Shown in pieces: positions 19,408-29,900 of a DNA stretch of 64,000 nt. The position numbers and the translations under genes were made by a program. The DNA lies in the IMG/VR virus record IMGVR_UViG_3300023174_002543, positions 62,001 through 126,000 of that record; one strand, 5' to 3'. Below the pieces are notes generated by a model. That model was not told the origin of the DNA. It was given only the letters and a program-made list of their open reading frames with translations, and made no database searches. Within the stretch, counting starts at the first letter, position 1. The number at the start of each line of letters is the position of its first letter.

Positions 19408-21783
19408 ATGGCACTATTAAAATCAGGTACAAGAATATACGGTAACGCTATTATAGACACTAATCTGTCTATTGATGGTACTACCGTATCCTCTGATTAT
19501 CAAACAGGTGCATTAGTAGTTAAGGGCGGGGTTGGCATCGCCGGTAACGTTTTTATTAATGCCAACTTAAACGCTAAAGATACATTAATTACAGGTAATC
19601 TAACAGTTACCGGTACAACCACAACTGTAAATTCAACTACTACCCAATTAGTAGATCCAGTCATTGATATAGGTGGAGGGGCAAATGGTGCTGCACTTAC
19701 TACTAATGACGGATTGGCTAGGGGTCTAGCATTAAATTATTATAACGTTGGTGCAAAGACAGCATTCTTAGGATTTGATAATGCAAATGGGCAATTTGCT
19801 TTTGGTAGTAACGTAAGTAATACTACAGGCACATTGACTATAAACACTTACGGTGATGTAAAAGCAAATAGTTTTGTTGGAAACCTAGTAGGTACTGCTA
19901 ATTTATCTCAAATAGAAGTTAACGGTATATCAAGATTTGGCAACGTGGGTAATGTTAAAATTACCGGCGGCGCTGATGGGTATGTGTTAAGAACAGACGG
20001 ACAAGGTAACTTAACTTGGACAACACCGTCGACTGCTGTTGCAGCTGGATCTAATAATCAAGTACAGTTTAACAACACTAATGCATTTAATGCTAGTGCT
20101 AACTTTACATTCAATAGTTCAACTAAGACATTAACAGTAGATAATATTGTTAGTAACGGTTCCGGGCTAACAAGTTTAACAGGTGCTAATGTAACTGGAT
20201 TTGTACCAAATGCAAATATAGCAAATACTGCATATAATGTTGATGGCGGCAATGTATCAGGGCAAGTAGGTAATGCATTAATAGCCGGTACAGTATATAC
20301 AAACGCACAACCAAATATAACTTCAGTTGGGACACTAAGTTCATTATCAGTTACCGGAAATATAAGTTCAGGTAACGCTACTTTAGGTAACTTAACAACA
20401 AGTAATTATTTTGTTGGTAATGGTAGTTTATTAACTTCAATAACTGGTGCTAATGTAACTGGTCAAGTAGCAAACGCATTAATAGCCGGTACTGTATATA
20501 CAAACGCACAACCAAATATCACAAGTGTCGGTAATCTAAGCAATTTATTTGTAGGTAATGCAACATCAAATGTAGTTATATCAAATGGTAATATAACTAC
20601 CTCAGGAGCATTAAGTGTTGGCGGCAATATTACAGCAAATTATATTACTGCTAACTTAGCATATGCTACTGGTTTAGGTGGTGCAGGTGGCGCAGCCGCA
20701 ACATATGTTACAAGTAACATTACAAGTATTGTGGCAGGTAGTACTATTGCAGTTGTAGCGGATTATGCTAATGCTAGTTATCCAGGTGGTGTATTTACAA
20801 TCGCACAATTGGGTCCGGTAACATTAAGCGCAACAGATGTTTGGACTGGCGGGACATCAACTAAAAATGCATACGCTAATTTTCTTGCAAGTTCAATCAA
20901 TACCAAAGATGTTAATGTTACATTAACATTAGCAAATGCTACATTTGACGTAAAAAGCACAGATAGTATAACGATTGGTGGTAGTAGCGTAACAGGTGCA
21001 AATCTGTTAGCATTGAATATTACTGGTAATGGAACATACACTATACCAAATACATATTTTAGTAGTACTGTTCAAACCACTACTACTAGTGCGGTCAGTA
21101 TAAGTTTAACTACAAGTAGAGGTGTTTATTCTAGTAGCGGAACAACACTTACTGCAACTCAACCAGTAGCATTTACATTAAATGCATTAACAGGTAGTTT
21201 CCCAAGTAGTTCAGTTCCTTACTTTAACTTAAATCAAAGTTTCAATTGGAGTGCTAGTGTAACTGGGACAGTAAGTTCTGGTAACATTACTTATAGCGGT
21301 GGCGCAATAAGTCCAACAAGTTTAACTGGTGCAGGTGCAACTAGTGGAAGTAGTGGAAGCATTGACAGTACATATAGTTATACTATAACATCCAGTGACT
21401 ATTATGGTGCTGGATTATATGGTTATGGTTCTAGAACAATACCAAGTACAGTAAATGGTACTGTAACTGCAGCAACAAAATACTATCCAGTATTCTATAA
21501 AATAACAAATAATTCAACTATACCAACGTTGACTACTAGCGATAGTTATCTAACACGTAACTATGCAATAGGTGATGGTGCAACAACTAGCGCAACAACT
21601 AGTCAATATTTATGGATAGCAATTCCAGGCACAAGTAGTCATACTTTTGCTTATACATTCTTAGGCAGTCAAGTTGGTCAAGATCCAGCAGTGACTGGCA
21701 GTCAAACAATTTCTGGATATTCTTATAATATCTATGGGTTCACGAATTTCTCTGTGGCCACTGCTTTATATACGGTGACATAA
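19408..21783 (+). CDS. Fibre-like protein with C-terminal region Y
   Basis: 791 aa; starts MALLKSGTRIYG; C-terminal ~355 aa paralogous to 8346 (YPGG..T..QLGPV, FPSSS.PY..LNQ.FNW, TKYYP.F.K, Y.IYGF). Confidence 0.65.
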   Translation: MALLKSGTRIYGNAIIDTNLSIDGTTVSSDYQTGALVVKGGVGIAGNVFINANLNAKDTLITGNLTVTGTTTTVNSTTTQLVDPVIDIGGGANGAALTTNDGLARGLALNYYNVGAKTAFLGFDNANGQFAFGSNVSNTTGTLTINTYGDVKANSFVGNLVGTANLSQIEVNGISRFGNVGNVKITGGADGYVLRTDGQGNLTWTTPSTAVAAGSNNQVQFNNTNAFNASANFTFNSSTKTLTVDNIVSNGSGLTSLTGANVTGFVPNANIANTAYNVDGGNVSGQVGNALIAGTVYTNAQPNITSVGTLSSLSVTGNISSGNATLGNLTTSNYFVGNGSLLTSITGANVTGQVANALIAGTVYTNAQPNITSVGNLSNLFVGNATSNVVISNGNITTSGALSVGGNITANYITANLAYATGLGGAGGAAATYVTSNITSIVAGSTIAVVADYANASYPGGVFTIAQLGPVTLSATDVWTGGTSTKNAYANFLASSINTKDVNVTLTLANATFDVKSTDSITIGGSSVTGANLLALNITGNGTYTIPNTYFSSTVQTTTTSAVSISLTTSRGVYSSSGTTLTATQPVAFTLNALTGSFPSSSVPYFNLNQSFNWSASVTGTVSSGNITYSGGAISPTSLTGAGATSGSSGSIDSTYSYTITSSDYYGAGLYGYGSRTIPSTVNGTVTAATKYYPVFYKITNNSTIPTLTTSDSYLTRNYAIGDGATTSATTSQYLWIAIPGTSSHTFAYTFLGSQVGQDPAVTGSQTISGYSYNIYGFTNFSVATALYTVT

Positions 21784-21784
21784 T

Positions 21785-22714
21785 ATGGCATTAATATTCC
21801 CCGCACCAGCCCAGATTAAGAACTTATTAGCGCCGACTGATAATACTGATGCCGCAACCAAATTATATGTTGATAATCAAGTAAGTGGAGCAACTGTCAG
21901 TGTATCAGGTAGTAATACACAATTACAATTTAACAACGCCGGTTCTTTTGGTGCAAGTAGTAATTTAACATTTAATAGTTCAACTAATCTATTAACAGTT
22001 ACTGGTAATATTGCAACCAGTAATTTATCAGTAACAGGTAATGTGTCATTTACTGGTGCAAATGTAAGTTTAGGTAATATAAGTAATCTACGTATAAGTG
22101 GTGGTACTGCTGATTATGTTCTAAAAACAGATGGAACAGGCAATCTAAGTTGGACTGCACAAAGCGTAGGAACATTAACTGCTGACGTAGATGCATTTAC
22201 TGGTGATGGAAGCAATGTTGCATTCACATTAGCAAATACACCTGCAGGTGAAAACTTCACAATGGTTGCCGTACAAGGTGTACTACAGCCTAAAACAACT
22301 TATTCATTAAGTGGTAATGTATTAACATTTACTAGCGCACCCCCAAGCACAGCAGTAGTTGAAGTCACTACGTTTGGTGGCTCTGTTATGTCAGGTGGCG
22401 GTGGCGGCGGAACTAGTCCTGCGTTAACTTGGAACATTGCAAGTAGTAATGCAACAATGACTGCAAACAATGGATACTTTGTAGACACATCAAGTGGTGC
22501 AAAAACAATGACATTACCAACTAGTGCAACGTTAGGTGATACTATTCGTATCAATGACTTGGCTGGATCTTTCTCTACAAACAACTTAACAGTAGCAAGA
22601 AATGGTCATAAGATTCAGGGTATTGCACAAGATTTATTAGTAGATGTAGAACAAAGTAGTTTTGGTTTAGTATACAGTAACAGCACATATGGCTGGAAAG
22701 TATTGGAGTTATAA
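21785..22714 (+). CDS. Fibre protein with FTGDG domain and a C-terminal domain resembling T4 gp34 N-terminal repeats
   Basis: DAATKLYVD; VDAFTGDGSNVAFTL; GYFVDTSSGAKTMTLPT..LGDTIRIND..GSFSTNNLTVARNGHKIQG..GW. Confidence 0.6.
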   Translation: MALIFPAPAQIKNLLAPTDNTDAATKLYVDNQVSGATVSVSGSNTQLQFNNAGSFGASSNLTFNSSTNLLTVTGNIATSNLSVTGNVSFTGANVSLGNISNLRISGGTADYVLKTDGTGNLSWTAQSVGTLTADVDAFTGDGSNVAFTLANTPAGENFTMVAVQGVLQPKTTYSLSGNVLTFTSAPPSTAVVEVTTFGGSVMSGGGGGGTSPALTWNIASSNATMTANNGYFVDTSSGAKTMTLPTSATLGDTIRINDLAGSFSTNNLTVARNGHKIQGIAQDLLVDVEQSSFGLVYSNSTYGWKVLEL

Positions 22715-23964
22715 TGGCAACAAATTTAAAATCAGTTAAAGCATCTGCTCTTACTTCTGTTATAACTAGTGTTGCAAGCCCTGGTGTAAAGATAACTGGG
22801 TTAACATATCCAAGTGGTGCCAGTGCAGGAAATCCAGCAGGTGGCGAAACAATTACTGTTAATGGTAGTGGATTTAATACCGGTGCAATAGTGTATATTG
22901 ATACTACAAATTGCTCAACTACATATGTTAGTGCAACAAGTTTAACATTTACAAGTCCTGCTAAAAGCATAGCAAGTTATCATTTATTCGTTTACAATAC
23001 TGATGGTAGTTCAGGCATGTTGCCGGCGGGTATGATTTATAGCGCAATGCCAATATGGGTTACTAGTAGCGGATCATTGGGAATGGCTAGTATTGGATAT
23101 AGTTTTTCATCTACAGTGAGTGCTACCGGTGACGGTACAGTTACATACAGTTTAACTAGTGGTTCACTACCAACCGGCTTAAGTTTGAATACTAGTAGTG
23201 GTGTAATTTCAGGAACGACTGGTGGATCGGCATCAACCTTCAATTTTGTAATTTCTGCTACAGACAGTCAAAATCAAGTTACTACTAGAAGTTTTAGTAT
23301 AGAAACAAGTACTGGATCTGAATTACTCACCCCACCTAACAAAACTAAATTGTTAGGTTTACAATTTAATAGTAGTGGATTAACTGTTACTGGTTCTTGG
23401 ACAGTTACTACATATGGCTCATTGTCATATCAAACAACCGGTGGCGTAAGAAATACAGGCTATGCGACAGGATGGAGTACAACTAATTACCTAACAATAA
23501 ATCAAATAAATAATGCTACCGCCTCTACTATGAGAGATAAAACATACATGGCTTGGTATAAAGGCACACAAACTGCTGCTAAACCAACCGGAAATTATTC
23601 TCCGTCAGTTCCTATTTTTGCTGAACTAACTGGTTCAGTTTATTGGGGACTTGGCATAGATGACGGCAAAATAGCTGTATCTAATGGAGGTCAAAATAAA
23701 GGATCTACTTCAATTAATACCGGTAGTTGGTTTTTCTTAGCATGGGTAGTGAAATCAAATTCTGATGTTGACGCATATGTTAATGGTGTTAAAGAACTAA
23801 CAAATATTGCAGTAAACAATAGTTATCCGGGTACTAAGTATATAGGAAACGGATATAATTACGGGCCAATGGAAAATCCTACTGCATTAGACGCTATTCA
23901 AATAATAGATGGGGAGTTAACCGGTGCTGAGATACTTTCTATATATACACAAGGTACACAATGA
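22714..23964 (+). CDS. IPT/TIG + Ig-like + divergent LamG adhesin-like protein
   Basis: GGETITVNGSGF, YSLTSGSLPTGLSLNTSSGVISGT, WFFLAWVVK..YVNG; TAATG overlap with the upstream gene. Confidence 0.65.
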   Translation: MATNLKSVKASALTSVITSVASPGVKITGLTYPSGASAGNPAGGETITVNGSGFNTGAIVYIDTTNCSTTYVSATSLTFTSPAKSIASYHLFVYNTDGSSGMLPAGMIYSAMPIWVTSSGSLGMASIGYSFSSTVSATGDGTVTYSLTSGSLPTGLSLNTSSGVISGTTGGSASTFNFVISATDSQNQVTTRSFSIETSTGSELLTPPNKTKLLGLQFNSSGLTVTGSWTVTTYGSLSYQTTGGVRNTGYATGWSTTNYLTINQINNATASTMRDKTYMAWYKGTQTAAKPTGNYSPSVPIFAELTGSVYWGLGIDDGKIAVSNGGQNKGSTSINTGSWFFLAWVVKSNSDVDAYVNGVKELTNIAVNNSYPGTKYIGNGYNYGPMENPTALDAIQIIDGELTGAEILSIYTQGTQ

Positions 23965-24851
23965 GTTTAAGTATAGGACCAGGAATATCAATAGGCGGTG
24001 GAATAAACTTTCTACAAGAAGGTAGTGGGCCTACGATTGATTACTTAGTAGTTGCTGGCGGCGGCTCAGGCGGAACAGGATACTATGGTGGCGGTGGCGG
24101 AGCCGGCGGCGTTTTAGAATCATCTACTACTATCTCACCGGGAGTAACATACACTATCACTGTGGGCACAGGCGGTGTTGGTACCACGACTCAAACCAAT
24201 AGAGGTGGTAATGGTGGTAATAGTTCTATAAGTGGATCAGGATTTTCAACCATTACTGCTATAGGTGGTGGCGGTGGCGGCAGTCGCAATAATGATACAG
24301 CAAACGGAAACGCAACCGGAGCAAACGGTGGATCCGGCGGTGGCACGGCTTTCCCTCCTACTAGTGTGGGTGGTCGAGGAGTTTACCCAGGATCAGCATA
24401 TCTGAGCCAGACACGGCAAGGATATGATGGTGCTCCTGCGCCAGTGTACGGAACAGACTACGGGTCTGGTGGTGGTGGAGCCGGGGGAGAAGGAAAATGT
24501 CTCAGCGTTAATTCCACAGTCGACGGCGGCGTAGGAATACAATCATCTATAACAGGCACATCAACATATTATGGTGGCGGAGGTGGAGGCGCATATGGCA
24601 GCGGCAGCGGTGGCACAGGAGGTGGAGGCAATAGAAATACTGCTGGTACGGCAAATACAGGCGGAGGCGGTGGCGGCGCTACCGACAATAATGGTCAGGG
24701 TGGTAACGGTGGCTCAGGGGTGGTAATAATTCGCTATGCAGATACATTCGCAGCCGCAAGTAGTACAATAGGATTAGCAGCAGGATATCCTGTCGTTAGC
24801 GGTGGATATAGAATATACAAATGGATCACTAGTGGTTCAATTACATTTTGA
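23961..24851 (+). CDS. Glycine-rich-domain virion protein
   Basis: IDYLVVAGGGSGG..GGGGAGG, ANTGGGGGG, GGSGVVIIRY, YRIYKW..SGSITF; ATGA overlap. Confidence 0.7.
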   Translation: MSLSIGPGISIGGGINFLQEGSGPTIDYLVVAGGGSGGTGYYGGGGGAGGVLESSTTISPGVTYTITVGTGGVGTTTQTNRGGNGGNSSISGSGFSTITAIGGGGGGSRNNDTANGNATGANGGSGGGTAFPPTSVGGRGVYPGSAYLSQTRQGYDGAPAPVYGTDYGSGGGGAGGEGKCLSVNSTVDGGVGIQSSITGTSTYYGGGGGGAYGSGSGGTGGGGNRNTAGTANTGGGGGGATDNNGQGGNGGSGVVIIRYADTFAAASSTIGLAAGYPVVSGGYRIYKWITSGSITF

Positions 24852-24893
24852 GAGTAAGTAATAATTTGTACATATGATAAAAGCAAATTATAG

Positions 24894-24900
24894 ATAAATA
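24894..24900 (+). promoter_or_regulatory. T4-type late promoter candidate ATAAATA
   Basis: Intergenic, 26 nt upstream of the ATG at 24926. Confidence 0.65.
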
Positions 24901-24925
24901 TATACAATAAAAGGGGTTTTCAACC

Positions 24926-26491
24926 ATGTCAATTTTAAAAATTAAAGCATTCAGTATAGATTCAACCGATTCATTCACGTTTGGTAATGCTAATATAACA
25001 ACCACATTAAACGGTAATATTGCTAATTTTACTGGAAATATTACAAGTATCAATGCTAATTTAGGTAACTTAGTAGTTGCTAATTACTTTAGTGGTAATG
25101 GTAGTTTATTAACTTCAATAGCCGGCGCAAATGTAACCGGTCAAGTAGGCAACGCATTAGTGGCAGGTACTGTTTATGGTGCAGCTCAAGGTAATATCAC
25201 TTCAGTTGGTACATTAACAACATTAGCAATAGCAGGTACAGGTAGTATAACTGGTGCTAACTTAGTAAGTGCTAATTATGTCACCGGTACACTAACAACC
25301 GGAGCACAACCAAACATCACTTCAGTAGGCACATTAACTGGACTAACAGTTAATGGTGACATTACAAGTACTGGTAACTTGATTGTTGCTGGTACAACTA
25401 CATATGTTAACAGTACAGTAACATCTATTAAAGATCCTATCATTGAACAAGGTTCAGGTGCAAACAATGCAACATTAACATCAGATGATGGAATGGATCG
25501 TGGTCAATTATTACATTATTACACAGGTGGCGCAACACGTGATGCGTTCATGGGTTGGAAAAATAGTACAGGTGAATTCACATTTGCTAGTAACGTAACA
25601 AATTCAGATAACGTAGTAACAGTTAATACATTAGGTAAAATTAAAGCAGGAGATGCTAATTTAGGTAACTTAGTAACATCAAATTACTTTACTGGTAATG
25701 GTAGTTTATTAACTTCAATCACCGGTGCTAACGTAACTGGTCAAGTGGGTAATGCATTAGTTGCTGGTACAGTCTATACTAATGCTCAACCAAACATTAC
25801 AAGTGTTGGTACATTAGCCGGTGTAACTGCAACAGGTGTTATTAACTTAACTGGGGCAAGTAATGTAAGTTTGGGTGCAGTGGGTAATGTTAAGATTACC
25901 GGTGGAACAAATGGATATGTATTAAGTACAGACGGTTCAGGTAATTTAAGTTGGACAGCTGCTGCAGTAGGTACCGGTAATGCTAATATTGCTGGTTCCA
26001 ACACACAGATTTTCTTTAATAACGCAGGTAGCAATACATTAGGTACTAGTGCAAATCTTACATTTAATAACTCTACAAATACATTATCTGCAACTAACAT
26101 AACAGGTACATTAACAACAGCCGCACAACCAAACGTAACTAGTCTTGGAACATTAACTGGTTTAACAGTAAGTGGTCTAACTAATTTAGGTGCCGTAGGT
26201 AATCTTACGATTACAGGCGGAACAAATGGATATGTTTTATCAACTAATGGATCCGGAGCATTAGCTTGGATAGCACAAAAGGCAATAACGTCGGCAGTAG
26301 ACGAATTTACAGGTGACGGTACTACTGTAGCATTTACATTAAGTATGGCACCAACTAATAAAAACTATACAATTGCATCAGTTCAGGGTGTAATGCAACC
26401 GAAGAGTTCATATAGTGTAAGTGGAACTACATTTACGTTTAGTACTGCACCACCAAATACTTCATTAATTGAAATTACAACATTAAGTTAA
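24926..26491 (+). CDS. Fibre-like protein ending in an FTGDG domain
   Basis: 521 aa; QPNIT repeats, DP..DRG module, two GY.LST.G.G.L.W modules, VDEFTGDGTTVAFTL. Confidence 0.65.
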   Translation: MSILKIKAFSIDSTDSFTFGNANITTTLNGNIANFTGNITSINANLGNLVVANYFSGNGSLLTSIAGANVTGQVGNALVAGTVYGAAQGNITSVGTLTTLAIAGTGSITGANLVSANYVTGTLTTGAQPNITSVGTLTGLTVNGDITSTGNLIVAGTTTYVNSTVTSIKDPIIEQGSGANNATLTSDDGMDRGQLLHYYTGGATRDAFMGWKNSTGEFTFASNVTNSDNVVTVNTLGKIKAGDANLGNLVTSNYFTGNGSLLTSITGANVTGQVGNALVAGTVYTNAQPNITSVGTLAGVTATGVINLTGASNVSLGAVGNVKITGGTNGYVLSTDGSGNLSWTAAAVGTGNANIAGSNTQIFFNNAGSNTLGTSANLTFNNSTNTLSATNITGTLTTAAQPNVTSLGTLTGLTVSGLTNLGAVGNLTITGGTNGYVLSTNGSGALAWIAQKAITSAVDEFTGDGTTVAFTLSMAPTNKNYTIASVQGVMQPKSSYSVSGTTFTFSTAPPNTSLIEITTLS

Positions 26492-26500
26492 AGGATAAAA

Positions 26501-26857
26501 ATGAGTCATTTTGCACAAATAGATGAAAACAATATTGTAACAAGAGTCCTTGTTATAGAACAAGATGTGATTGATACGGGTTTATTTGGTGAACCTAATT
26601 CGTTTGTACAAACTAGCTATAACACACAAGGTGGAGTGCACCTATTAGGTGGCGCACCCCTACGTAAAAATTATGCAGGAATTGGATATACTTACGATAT
26701 AAGTCGTGATGCATTTATTCCCCCTAAGCCGTATAATAGTTGGGTATTGAATGAAAGTACATGCTTATATGATGCACCTACTCCAATGCCAACAGATCCA
26801 GATAAAAGATATTCATGGGATGAAGCAACAACGTCATGGATAGAAATTACACAATAA
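26501..26857 (+). CDS. Conserved small phage protein, possible fibre-assembly accessory
   Basis: MSHFAQIDENNIVTRV, QTSYNT, LRKNYAGIGYTYD..RDAFIPPKPY.SW; charged composition unlike its neighbours. Confidence 0.6.
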   Translation: MSHFAQIDENNIVTRVLVIEQDVIDTGLFGEPNSFVQTSYNTQGGVHLLGGAPLRKNYAGIGYTYDISRDAFIPPKPYNSWVLNESTCLYDAPTPMPTDPDKRYSWDEATTSWIEITQ

Positions 26858-26878
26858 CTTAGTTATGTAAATAACAAA

Positions 26879-26914
26879 ATATCCATGCTTGTAACCGGGC
26901 ATGGATATCCTTTT
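26879..26914 (+). terminator. Probable intrinsic terminator
   Basis: ATATCCATGC-loop-GCATGGATAT 10-bp stem followed by CCTTTT, intergenic. Confidence 0.6.
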
Positions 26915-26916
26915 AG

Positions 26917-26923
26917 ATAAATA
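26917..26923 (+). promoter_or_regulatory. T4-type late promoter candidate ATAAATA
   Basis: Directly after the hairpin, 26 nt upstream of the ATG at 26949. Confidence 0.7.
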
Positions 26924-26948
26924 CTATAATAAGATGGTATAAAAACAC

Positions 26949-29900
26949 ATGTCCCTAGTAAAAATAGAACCGCTAATAGCTAATAATGTTGCCAATTTTA
27001 CGTTTGGTGGACTTACAATCACCGCTAATGCGGTTTTTGGTAATGCAAACCTGGGTAACTTGGCTAGTGCAAATCACGTAATTGTAACAAGTAACATAAC
27101 TGCAGGTAATATAGGTAATACTGCAACTTATTTTTACGGTAACGGATATAATCTAACTGGAATAGTTGCCACAACTGCAGCATCATTGGTTAGTGGAAAC
27201 AGCAACGTAAGACTAGTTGCAAATGGTAATGCTAGTATTAGTATAACTGGATCTAGTAATATTGTAGTTGTTAGTAGCGCCGGTGTTAATGTAGCAGGAT
27301 ATTTAAATGCTACAAGTCTTCTAGGGGAAGCAGGCAATTTAAGTAATATACAAGCCGCTAATGTATCAGGAACAGTGGCAAATGCAAACTATTCTGCATA
27401 CGCAGGTAATATAACTATTGCCGCACAAAGTAATATAACAAGTTTAGGATTACTAACAGGCCTATCAGTTAACGGAAATACAAGTGTTATCGGTAACTCT
27501 AATGTTGTGGGTAATATCAATGTTTCAGGTGGAAACACCAATATTACCGGTAATCTAACTGCAAATAACATTACAACAAGTGGTTCAGGTGGCAACATTT
27601 CCGGTGCTAATAATATATCAGCAAATACATTTACCGGTACACTAACAACAGCATCCCAATCAAATATCACTTCACTTGGCACATTGACAACTTTAGCAAT
27701 TGCTGGTACAGGTAATGTATCAGGTGCTAACTTAGTAAGTGCTAACTATGTAGCTGGAACACTAACAACAGCTGCTCAACCCAATATAACATCTGTTGGT
27801 ACACTAAGCGGTATAACTAGTACAGGGACTGTAAATTTTACGGGTGCAAGTAATGTAAGTTTAGGTCCAATAGGTAATGTAAAAGTAACAGGTGGTACTA
27901 CCGGCCAGTATTTACAAACAGATGGTAGCGGTAATCTAAGTTGGGTAACGTTATCAATATCAGGTTCTAGCATTAGTAATGGTAATAGTAATATTAATAT
28001 ACCAAGTGCAAACGGTAATATAAACATAAGCGCAGTTGGCAATGCTAATGTATTAGTAGTTACGGGTACAGGGGTAAACGTATCCGGCACATTAAATACA
28101 ACAGGTAATCTAACTGCAAGCAATATCACAACAAGTGGTTCAGGCGGTAACATTTCTGGTGCTAATAACATATCAGCAAATACATTTACCGGTACTTTAA
28201 CAACTGCAGCACAACCCAATATTACAAGTTTGGGCACACTAACAAGTTTAAGCGCAGGTGATACTACTATTACAGGTAATCTAACAGTATCAGGCGCATT
28301 TGAATATGCAAACGTAACTTCATTCAGAGTTAAAGACCCAATTATTGAACAAGGTGGAAATACTGCAGGTGGTGCATTAACTAGTAATGATGGATATGAC
28401 AGAGGTCAATTATTACATTATTACACCGGTAGTACTGCAACAGATGCATTCATGGGTTGGAAGAACTCTGGAGCAGAGTTTATATTTGCAAGTAATGCTA
28501 GTGTTAGTAGCGAAGTCGTAACAGTTAATACTTATGGTAATATACATACAGGAAATGCTAATCTAGGTAATTTAACAACAAGTAATTATTTTGCGGGTAC
28601 ATTGACAACTGCGGCTCAACCTAACATTACAAGTGTCGGTACATTAACAAATACAACGTTAGGTGGAAGTAATTCATTTACTGGTGGCAACTTAGTAAGT
28701 GCTAATTATTTAACAGGTACACTAACAACTGCTTCACAACCAAATATTACTTCAGTTGGTACACTAACAACATTGGCAATTGCTGGCACAGGCAATGTAT
28801 CAGGTGCTAATTTAGTAAGTGCTAATTATGTTACAGGTACATTAACAACAGCCGCACAGCCTAACATTACAAGTTTAGGAACACTAAGTTCATTAATAGT
28901 TACAGCAAACATAACATCAGGTAATGCCAACTTAGGTAACGTAGCAAATGCTAATTTCTTTAGCGGTAGTGGTCAATATCTAACAAGTGTAACTGCGGTA
29001 ACAGCTGGAACGGTAACAACTAATGCACAACCAAACGTTACAAGTTTAGGTACATTAACTTCTGTAACTATAGGTAATAGCACAAGTAACACAACAATGA
29101 ATGCTAGTAGTATTACTAGTAATGTAAATGTAGCATTAACTGGTAATAATATAAACTTAGGTCCAATCGGTAATATCAAAATCAGTGGAGGAACTGCTGG
29201 ATATTTTATTACTACAGATGGCGCTGGTAATTTAAGTTGGGGTGCTGCATCAGGTGGTGGCGGGGTATCTGCTAGCGGTAGTAATACTCAAATTCAATTT
29301 AATGATAATGGTAGTTTGGGTGCAGTTGCTAACCTAACATTTGATAAATCAACTAATACATTAAGTACCGGTAGAGTTGTAACAAGCATAGGTGCTAATT
29401 TAGGTAGCAATATTAGTAATGTATATATTGGTGGCGGTTCAGCAAATCAAATATTAAAGACAGATGGTAGTGGTAATTTATCTTGGGTAGCACAACCAGT
29501 AGCAAGCATAACAGTAGATAACTTTACCGGTGATGGAACTACAACTGCATATACATTAAGTGTAACACCAACGAGTATTAATCAAACAATCGTTAATTAT
29601 AATGGTGTATTCCAATTACGTACAAGCGCATACACACTAAGTGGGACAACACTAACTTTCACTGAAGCACCTTCAGAAGGATCGACAATTGAAGTTACAA
29701 CTACATTAGGTGCTATGAGTGGCGCCGGCGCATTTGTGACAAGAAGTTATGCAGGCACCGGAGTTTTAACAACCTTTGCAGTCACTAGTGGATGCACAGT
29801 AAATAGCGTGATTGTATCTGAAAACGGATTGATTCAAACACCAACAACAGACTACACTATATCAGGTAGCACATTGACGTTTGTAGTTGCTCCAGCAAAC

